Below, piece by piece: positions 54,112 through 64,000 of a DNA stretch of 64,000 nt (position 1 is the stretch's first letter; each line of letters begins with the position of its first letter). The notes below the pieces were generated by a model, which saw only the letters and a program-made list of their open reading frames with translations, was not told where the DNA came from and did not search any database. Source of the DNA: Octopus vulgaris (Eukaryota); NCBI GenBank assembly GCA_951406725.2, contig OX597823.1, positions 84,382,001 through 84,446,000 on the forward strand, given 5' to 3'. The position numbers and the translations under genes were made by a program.

Positions 54112-55733
54112 GTCGATAAAACAAGTACTAGTTGATCAGTGGAGGTCGATCTAATCGACTTCACCACACCCCACCCGCTCCTAAATCGCTGGCCTTCTGC
54201 CAAAATTTGAAACCGATATTTACTGAACTGCTTGGGTTGTAGTTAAAAGCGATAATGTAGTGGTGAAGACGTTAACTTCAAGATTAATTATAAAACGGCT
54301 TGGAAGATCCAGTGAAGAGGAGCAAAATCTAAAAGAAGCGGTCTTGGATATCTGTGCGTACAACAACAGTATCAGCATCAGTTCTGTTCCCAGATGTAGA
54401 AACAATGATCAATTGAGGTCCTTTACTTGATATTTGTTGAACATCGAGAATTATATGTGGATAAAATATCCTCTGGTGGGTCACGGCTATGTTAAAGGTG
54501 TGCTTTTGCTATGAACAATCTTCGTTGATAGGTCAGACGTTAGGAGCGATTGAGTGAGAACTAGTTGCTCATGTGTAGGAACAGTGTTACGTTGAAATAT
54601 GTTGAAATGGGGACCATAGTTACGTTTAGTATGTGCTTTTACTAAGAGAGATCTTCGTTGATAGCTGGGTAGGGTAGACATTACTAGCGAATGTGTGAGA
54701 ACTAGCTGTTCTTGCTGATGGGTGTTGTCACGTGATAATGATTTCCTGATTCCAGTTACTCTTGAGTTTTTGAGCCGTTGAAAGCAGTAAGGTTTGTATT
54801 ATTTGGAATTAGAGTAAATCACGGTATATTGGAACATTAATGGAGACAATTACGCACATATTTATACATACTCACACACATTCCCACATACACGTACACG
54901 CATATACGCACACAAGCGCGCACAAACGTACACAAACGTGGTGGTTAAATTGTTGTATCAACAGTTTGACTCATTTTTGCGTTACTAAAACTATTGAAAT
55001 GAGGAATGCAGCGTGACAATACATAAGAAAAATATTCACCAAGACATCAAAATATAAATATCTATTTTATACCGAGATTTGATTTGTTGTTGTCAAGAGG
55101 GTTAGGGTATGTCTTTAACATTCATGGAGTCAATTACTCTACGCAGAAGCCATGATGTTTTTTTTTTCTACTCACGTGCCAAATATTTAAAAAAACACAT
55201 GCGAAGCTTTTGTTAATGATCTATTAAAATTTACGAATATATATATATATATATATAAAATTTAATAATAAGGGTAGAAATTGATGTTAATCAATGATAA
55301 CCAGTGGCGTAGCATTTTTAAAAAATCCGAAGAATAAAAATTGTTACATACAAAATTAAGGGGAATGACCACTAAATTGGAAACCCTATATATCGCTATT
55401 ACCACGGTAATGGCGATTTGACGTATATGTTTAGCATATAGGGTGTCCACTTTAGTGGTCATTCATCTTAATTTTGTGCATATATATATATATATAAGTT
55501 TAAGAATATGTATGCGTGATTACGCCTCCCCTCACATACACGCACGCATACATGTGCGTACGCATATATAGAGACGCGAGTATACGATAAATAGACAGAG
55601 ATAGCCCAAGAGAGACACGTAGAACTAGAGAGAAAAGCAGCGAAATTTTGTATATGTGTATATATGTATATATGCGTGTTGTGTGTGTGTGTATGTTTGT
55701 GTATATATTTATATATATATATATATAATATAT

Positions 55734-55806
<73 letters not shown>

Positions 55807-55857
55807 ATGTGTGCATGTATGCTTGTATATACTTATATATACGTTTATATATGTATG

Positions 55858-55893
<36 letters not shown>

Positions 55894-56405
55894 GTCATAT
55901 GTATATTTGGCTATATATGTGTGAGTGTTAAGTATGTATACATATAAGTATATATTATTGACCATCGATATATCTATAAATACTCTAAGTTTAAAAATGG
56001 TATATGAAGATAACTGAGAGAATCTGGTTTGCTCTTCTGTACAATAAATCGGTATGAGAAATCCTGTAAATACGGAATTTTAATCCTGCAATTTCAATGC
56101 AAGTCAACCTAAAGATTTGTGGACTTCCGCTAAAATTTCCGCCATTTTTCAACAAGTAGCAACAACTAGAGGACACACAAATTCACAAGAAATTTTGCTC
56201 CTTTTCACTGGATCTTCCAAGCCGTTTTATAATTAATTTTGAAGTTAACGTCTTCACCACTACATGCAGCTTTTTACTACAACCCAAGCAATTCAGTAAA
56301 CATCGGTTTCAAATTTTGGTACAAGGCCAGCGATTTAGGAGCGGGTGGGGTGGTTAAGTTGATTAGATCGACCACCACTGATCAACTAGTACTTGCTTTA
56401 TCGAC
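54112..56405. repeat. Inverted duplication: 54112-54328 versus 56192-56405
   Basis: About 215-bp arms, each with a SINE tail plus non-SINE sequence (GTAGTGGTGAAGACGTTAACTTCAA.ATTAATTATAAAACGGCTTGGAAGATCCAGTGAA). Confidence 0.9.
55348..55479. repeat. Hairpin repeat
   Basis: ACAAAATTAAG..GAATGACCACTAAA.TGGA.ACCCTATAT and its reverse complement. Confidence 0.85.
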
Positions 56406-56780
56406 TCCGAAATGACCCTGGCGGAATTTGTACTCAGAAATATATATCCTTTCTGTTATAGGCACAAGGCCTGAAATTTTAGGCGCGAGGATTAGGCGAT
56501 TATATCGACCCCAGTACACAACTGGTGCTTAATTTATCGAAAGAATAAAAGCAGAGTCGACCACAGCGGAATTTGAACTCAGAACGAAATACCTATTTCT
56601 TTACTACCCACAAGGGGCTAAACACAGAGAGGACAAAGAAAGACAGACAAACGGATTAAGTCGATTATATCGACCCAGTGCGTAACTGGTACTTATTTAA
56701 TCGACCCCGAAAGGATGAAAGGTAAAGTCGACCTCGGCGGAATTTGAACTCAGAACGTAAAGACAGACGAAATACCTATT
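56400..56780 (-). mobile_element. Cluster of SINE family B fragments
   Basis: Repeated GCGGAATTTG.ACTCAGAA and tail motifs. Confidence 0.82.
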
Positions 56781-57044
56781 ATTCTGTTTTCAGTCCGAAG
56801 GGTAAGAATTGTTGTTCATGTCTTTGTGAGTCTCTCTATAACAGTAATTAAGGTAGTATGTACTTTTGCTAGATGCTATAATAGATTATAGCAGATTTAT
56901 CTATAGAAGATTTCACGCAGTGGGACTGAACCCGGAACCATGTGATAGAGAAGCAAGCTTCTTACCACACAGCCACACCTGCAACTTCTTTTTGTTCATC
57001 CTCCTCCAAATAGATAGATAGATAGATATATAGATAGATAGATA

Positions 57045-58334
57045 CGAGGGGCGTTCAATAAGTAATGCCCCTGACCCACTTCCTATAGCAGTAGAGCAAC
57101 GAAACTTGGCACAGTTATTAGTCTTTTTCTACATAGAAACCACCCAGAGTTACGCATTTCTACCATCGTTTGATGCAGCTCTGGAGACCGTTTTTGTAGA
57201 AGACCCCAGCTTGGTCCTCCAGCCTGAACGTGACTTCAGACATCAAGGCTGCATCATCTGGGAAACGCTTTCCTTTCAAAAACAACTTCATGATTGGGAA
57301 GAGGTGAAAATCAGAGGGTGCAAGGTCAGGAAAGTAGGGGGATGGGGAGGAGTTCATAGCCATACGCCTGTGCTTCTGATCTGGCGACAAGCGAGTTGTG
57401 GACCGGAGCGTTGTCCTGCAGGAGGAGAATGCCTTTGCTGATCTTGCCCCGCCTCTTGATTTTGATAACTTCTCTTAATTTCCTCAAAAGTGAAGCATAA
57501 TAGGCTCCTGCAATTGTGGTACCCTTTGCCAGGAAATCTGTCATCACTACTCCGTCCTGGTCCCAGAAGACTGTGAGCATGACCTTGCCAGCGGAGGGCT
57601 GCACCCTTGCCTTCTTTGGAGGGGGTGAGTCACTGTGCTTCCACTGCATTGACTGGGCTTTGGTCTCTGGATCATAGTGATGGACCCAGGTTTCATCCTG
57701 TGTAATCAGTCTTTTGAAAAATTTTGACTCATCTTCTTGGCACATCTCCAAATTCATCCTCGAGCACTCGACGCGTTCTTGCTTCTGGAAAGACGTGAGC
57801 AACCTGGGAATCCATCTGCTAGACACCTTTTGCATATGCAAATGGTCATGAATGATAGTTTCCACAGACCCGGTACTAATCTTGACCTCATGGGCTATTT
57901 GGCGAATAATTATGCGTCGATCTTCCCAAATGGCAGCCCCAACTTGACGGACAGATGCCTCATCAATGGCAGAAGGGGGCGACCAGATCTGGGAGCTGTT
58001 TCCACAGAGTTCCGACCATGTTTGAATTCACGATGCCAGCGTTTTACAAGGTCATATGATGGGGCATCATCACCATAAGTTACTTTCATTTCATCAAAAG
58101 TCTCCCGTGGTGTGTGTCCTTTCAAATACAAAAACCGGATCACTGCTCGACACTCAACATGCTCCATTTCACACTTGACTCGGTTCAAACACCTGTAAAT
58201 CAGAAACCACAATTAATTCAGAGCTGTAATTTGCCACTTACTCTATAGAGATATAAATGATTGCACATGCAAAATATCAGCTAGATCAAACAACAGCAAG
58301 TGGGTCAGAGACATTACTTATTGAACGTCCCTCG
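57045..58334 (-). mobile_element. Full-length mariner (DD34D), nearly intact transposase at 57118-58167
   Basis: TIR CGAGGGGCGTTCAATAAGTAATG with TA flanks inside (GATA)n. Motifs WIPRLL, TQDETWVHHYDPETK, LLQDNAPVH, PYFPDLAPSDFHLF. Two frameshifts and a late stop. Confidence 0.96.
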
Positions 58335-58376
<42 letters not shown>

Positions 58377-58424
58377 TGTGTATGAATACATACGCATATA
58401 CATATATGTAGGTAATTTGTTATA

Positions 58425-59673
58425 TCAGGTTGGTGCAAAGGTAATGGCCGATGTTTTAGAAAACAGTTTTAGTATTTTTTAAAATTGTACGTCTTGCAAT
58501 GTTTTAAGAATGTCACAATGAGTAACTTATACGTCTTTCTTTCAGATTCTGACTGTATTAGCCATAATCTTCTGCTATATTGGCACTCATGTTCGTCCCA
58601 TCTAACGCTCACATTTAACATGTCTTACTCTATGAGTTTCGTAAAGTAAGCATAGCAGCAAAGTCTCTTGAGAGAGTTTATGGGGATTATGTAGTGAGTG
58701 AGAGAAGTTGCAGGAGATGATTTTCCTCACTTCAGAGATGGTGATTTGAGTTTGAAAGACGAGCCAAAAGAAGGTCGTTCAAAACAACTTGATTCCGAAT
58801 AGTTGGAATTTGTTGTCACAGAAGATCCAACTGCTACCCGTAGAGAATTGCATACAACGTAACTCATACAACTGTTCTACGCCAATTATCGGAAAGTTTC
58901 AGGGTTAGAAAATTAGTCCTGTACGAACTGTCACCAGAAAACCTGTAACAGTATGTTGTTTGTTATCAGTCATTGCCTTCACGACACCTTAAGGAACCAT
59001 TTTTAGGAAGGCTTGTTAACAGTGATGAGAAGTGGGTTCTTTAGCATAACATTTAACGTCGCCAATCGTGGTGGATCAGTCGAGGAGGGAGAACTGTTCA
59101 ACAACGAAGAGAAGAACTTCATCCAAGGAACGTCATGTTGAGTGTATGGTGGGATATTGAAGGAATTGTCTGTTACTAACTGCTGAGCAACAATAAAAAA
59201 ATTACTGACAACCTCTACTGAGATCAACTTCATCGTTTGAAAGCTGCTTTGAACAGAAAGCGACGCTGTTTAGTCAACAGAAAAGGAATCATCTTCCACC
59301 ATGATAATACTCGTCCTCACACAGCTCAACTGACCAAATATCTCTTGGAAGAACTTGAATGGGAAATATTGCTTCATTCTTCATATTCTCCAGGCCTTTC
59401 GCTTCTGGTAATCACTTGTTTCGAGGAATTCAGAACCATTTGAATGATCTCACGTTGACATCAAGAAAAGAGATGCTAAATAAGTTGGATTCATATTTCG
59501 CATCATAACCTAAACAATTTTACAAGCATTGCGTTTATAAGCTTATTGAAAGATGGAATGAAGTTCTGGAAAGCAATAGAAATTATGCTAACGAATAAAT
59601 ATTGTCTTAAGCATGGGCTTTTTCATTTTTAATAAAGACCTTAAAATCGGCTATTACCTTTGCACCAACCGGA
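58425..59673 (+). mobile_element. Full-length mariner with Hsmar1-like TIRs, heavily degenerate
   Basis: TIR TCAGGTTGGTGCAAAGGTAATGGCCGA at both ends with TA flanks. Motifs TVMRSG/SDEKWV region, IFHHDNTRPH, HSSYSP. Confidence 0.93.
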
Positions 59674-60075
59674 TAGATATGGCTGTATATGCATATGTGC
59701 GTATATATTATATAATATGTATATATTATATGCATGTATATGTATACGCATACAAAATACAAACATGTACACACACACACACTCATATACATATACATAT
59801 ATATATATATATATCAATGTGCATACATGCATATATATATATACATATACATACATATACATGCACACATATATATATATACCAATATGTATACATATAT
59901 ATATATATATTCCTATATATGTATGCATATGTATGTTTATATATATGTGTATATATATATACATCTTATATATAGAATTATATATATATATACATACATA
60001 TATATGCACATGTTTATATACATGTATGTATGTACGTATGTCTGTATGTATGTATGTATGTATGTACGTATGCAT

Positions 60076-60114
<39 letters not shown>

Positions 60115-60583
60115 CGTGTGCATATACACGGATATATACAAACTATTTGTAGCTAGAAATGAATTAAGTTCAGTGCAAGTCTAAAAAAGATTGGTTTAAG
60201 AAAGATATTTCATTCTTTAGAAAATATCCAAGAAGAGGAAATGAATGAATCTGATTCTTAAGATTCTGGCAACTTTTCTTTAAATTGTTTCCTTTGGTCA
60301 AAGTCGGTTTTCCCTTCCTTCTCTCGTAGTCAAATGTAAGAACTATAAATTAGAATCCTTCATACAGATTGACGTATAGGTGATACGTATATGTGTATGT
60401 ATGTATATTTGTGTATATGTATGTGTATGTGTAATATATATATATATATATATTACATATACATATATATATATATATTACATATACATATATGTGCGTA
60501 TTGGTATGTATGTGTGCGTGTCTATGTGTGTGTGTATGTGTATATATGTGTGTCTATATTTATATTATATTATATTATGTTAT

Positions 60584-60676
<93 letters not shown>

Positions 60677-60746
60677 TACTCCCAAGCAAAACACATAATG
60701 CGCGTAACTAATATGTATATTTATGTATATATAAATAAGTAAATAC

Positions 60747-60777
<31 letters not shown>

Positions 60778-60820
60778 TGTGTATGTATATATATGTATAT
60801 GCATATCTATCTACCTATCA

Positions 60821-60883
<63 letters not shown>

Positions 60884-61045
60884 AATTTCTCTCTCCCACA
60901 TATATCTCGTATACATGTACATTATGTGAATGTTCGCGTGTCGTAATATGTATGTAATGAATGTATGTGAAAGTAATATGTAATATACATATACGCGTAG
61001 ATTAATTTATACAGTTATAAGTACATAAAAACAAACGTACGCACG

Positions 61046-61077
<32 letters not shown>

Positions 61078-61728
61078 CACACACATATATACACACACGT
61101 GACCGCGCACATATATCTATATATATTCACGGCTTGCCTAAAAACACAACTCTTCTTTCAGCACACACACACACACACGTGTGTGTCAATTTAATTCGTA
61201 GCAATGTCATAACGAAATGAAAATTATGAGACTTACTTAACTGAATGATAGTCGGAATGGTGTATACAGAGTGATATATAGGAACTGAAAATAATCTTAC
61301 GAGAACACACGAACAGGATTTTAGCCCCCCCCCCCACCACCACCACACACACACACTTATACGTGTTCCGAAACACTGACGTTTATGTATGTAATTACAC
61401 ATATTTCTGTATCTGTATTGACATAAAATATATCTACAAATATCTATGCATACATATGCTTCTACGAATTACCATTCGCACAAAGGTGCATATGTAAGTA
61501 TGCATATGTATACACACACACACACACACACACGTGCGCGCACATACATGCAAACACACATACACATCTGTGTAGAGGGACTAAAATTTGAAGAGAAGTC
61601 CCAAAATTATCTGCTACCTGTAGGTATATACGTTTAAATCTTTCTCTCTCCGTCCCTTTTTCTCACCAATCAATCAATCCATCTATATATCTATCATTCT
61701 ATCTATCTATCTATCTATCTATCTATCA

Positions 61729-61781
<53 letters not shown>

Positions 61782-61927
61782 CTTACTTACCTATCTGTCT
61801 ATCTTACTATCTATCTACCTATGTATCTATCACACGCATGAGTTTACACACACACACACACACACAACGATATTTAGCGTGTATATGAATGCATGTAAAT
61901 ATGCAGATATGTATGTGTGTCTGAATA

Positions 61928-61970
<43 letters not shown>

Positions 61971-62637
61971 GTATATATATGTATACGCATGTAGGTATAT
62001 AGGTATGTATTTATGTACGTATGTATATCTTCTCTTAATCAAGCGCTTCTGAACAATGTTATTTGTATGTTTTCAACAACCGAACGCGTTCGCCATATTT
62101 CCGATCGAGAGACTATCAAGAGGCGTTTCTACAAACGGTTTGAGGAAGCCAGTGTCGTGTCGGTGTAGACGGTCTTGGTGAGATTTTCTTGAACAGTAAT
62201 TCAGAAAATGCTAGACTAATACAGAATGTCTGTCTTGGTATCGGATATTGAGGTGCCGGATGTAGGTTTAAATATACTGTCCTTTGTAAAAATGCTGACT
62301 TCGATGTGAAATGCTCACTTCGTTGCTCACTTGATAGAATATTCGTAACGTACATATATTTTATGTCCATCACTCTCTCTTTCTCTCTCTTGCTCTCACA
62401 CGCTGTCTCTGTCTCTCTATCAGTCTCTCTCTGTCTCCCTCTCTATCTCTGTCTGTCTGTGCGTTTCTCTCTCGTAAATGCAGGAACGAAATTTCAAACA
62501 CTGGTCTTCTTCTTCTGCTCCTCTTCCTCTTCTTCTGCTTCTGTTCCACTTCCTCTTCTTCCTCGCCGTCATCGTCGTTGTTATTTTTATTTGTAGTAGT
62601 AGTAGTAGTAGTATTAGTAGTAGTAGTAGGAGGAGGA

Positions 62638-62856
62638 CGGTGGAAAGCTGGTAGAATCGTTAGCACACCAGGCAGAATAGAATGCATAGCGGCATTTCGT
62701 CCGCTTTGACGTTCTGAGATCAAATTCCACCGAGGTCCACTTTACCTTTCATTCTTTTGGGTTCGATAAATTAAGCACCAGTCGAGCACTGGGGTCGATG
62801 TAATCAGTTTAACCCCACTCCAAAAGTTGCTGGCCTTGTGACAAGATTTGAAACTA
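62638..62856 (+). mobile_element. SINE family B-related, diverged
   Basis: AGCTGGTAGAATCGTTAGCAC head and Nin/Deu-like domain. Confidence 0.8.
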
Positions 62857-63223
62857 TTATTATATTTGCACACCAATCAAATCAGGTAAAACCTGTAATG
62901 GAAAATAATGTTTGAAATTAGTAAAAAAGAATGTTTCTACAGTCAATCGTTTTAGCGATGAAATTTTATGTAAAGACGTTCAATATTATACTCCCTCTTT
63001 TAACAAAAGGCAATCACGATGTGACGATACAGGCTGTGCTCCATCATGGCCACAACATTTGGATTGAAACGCTTAAAAAATATATATACATATATAATTA
63101 GGCGTATGTGTATACACACACAGATGCACATACACGCACACACACGTGTGTGTGTGTGTGTATTTGTCTCTGTGTATTTCTCTCACTCTCCCCGTGTATA
63201 TAATATATATATATATATATATA

Positions 63224-63621
63224 CTAGCAGTATCGCCCGGCGTTGCTCGGGTTTGTAAGGGAAATAACTATATAAGCATTTTTAGAGATGTAAAGTATAA
63301 TAGCCATCACAATATGGCTAGCCACAAAGGGGGGGGGGTGTTACTGTAGCTTTTTACGTTCTGAGATTTAATAATAAATTTTTAGAGAGTTACTTCCCTT
63401 ATATATGCAAAAAATGCATTAAAAATGGGAAAAATTGATGGTAAATTTTTAAAAAATCGTAGACTCATCGTAGACGCGCGCTAATACCCAGAAGGGCTCG
63501 ATGTGAATCACGACTATAAGTTACCCGGTTGTGGTTAAACTGCACCGCAAAATGTGGGAGTAGTTAGGAATCTAAATCGTATAAGACAGACAGCACACAA
63601 CCTCTCTTTTATATATAAAGA
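63224..63621 (-). mobile_element. Non-autonomous Helitron, complete
   Basis: Minus strand starts TCTTTATATAT and ends CCCGAGCAACGCCGGG hairpin ... CTAG. Inserted between A and T, no TSD. Confidence 0.88.
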
Positions 63622-63635
63622 TATATATATATATT

Positions 63636-64000
63636 GGACTCATAAAAGGTGCAGCAATATCAGAGGAAGGTTAACAGGGAAACTAACTTTTGTATGTGGA
63701 AGATTACAGGTGCAATAAACGCTGTAAATGGGCAGAAAGTAGACTTCATCAACTGCCAGAGTGGCAAGCTAGACGTAGTGAATAGTTTCCGTTATCTAGG
63801 TAACCAAGGTAGTAGTGGAGGTAGATACTCCGAGAACGTTGCTGTGAGAATAAAATTAGGCTGGGCAAAGTTTACAGAGCTCCTACCCCTGCTGGGAAAA
63901 AAAGGGTCTCGCTCTCAGAGTGAAAGCAGATTGTTTGATGCCTGCGTGGAAACAGCTATACTTCATATCAGTAAAACATGGGCTGTGACAGCCGAGGACA
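63636..64000 (+). mobile_element. RTE LINE fragment (post-RT region), runs off the window
   Basis: LDVVNSFRYLG...RIKLGWAKFTELLPLL...RLFDACVETAILHISKTW. Confidence 0.85.

Overview
AT-rich eukaryotic DNA packed with microsatellites. The SINE families and repeat style point to an octopod cephalopod (Octopus-like) intergenic or intronic region; this is inferred from repeat recognition. I found no convincing intact host protein-coding gene, and almost all long ORFs in the track are translations of simple repeats. Mobile content: several tRNA-derived SINE families, five mariner elements or derivatives, an internally deleted Tc1, a non-autonomous Helitron, CR1-like, RTE and R4/Dong LINE fragments, and a U6 snRNA retrocopy fused to a SINE/LINE-type 3' tail. 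The most interesting signal is a set of short non-coding units carrying type I hammerhead ribozyme (HHR) folds. Three look complete (856-939 minus, 8605-8690 plus, 43470-43533 plus) and several are decayed or have a variant CCGANGA core. They sit in partial-tandem or inverted repeats typical of Penelope-like pseudo-LTRs or retrozymes. Long near-perfect palindromes are also common. All calls were made by eye, boundaries are approximate unless TIRs or TSDs are quoted, and no ribozyme activity is demonstrated.
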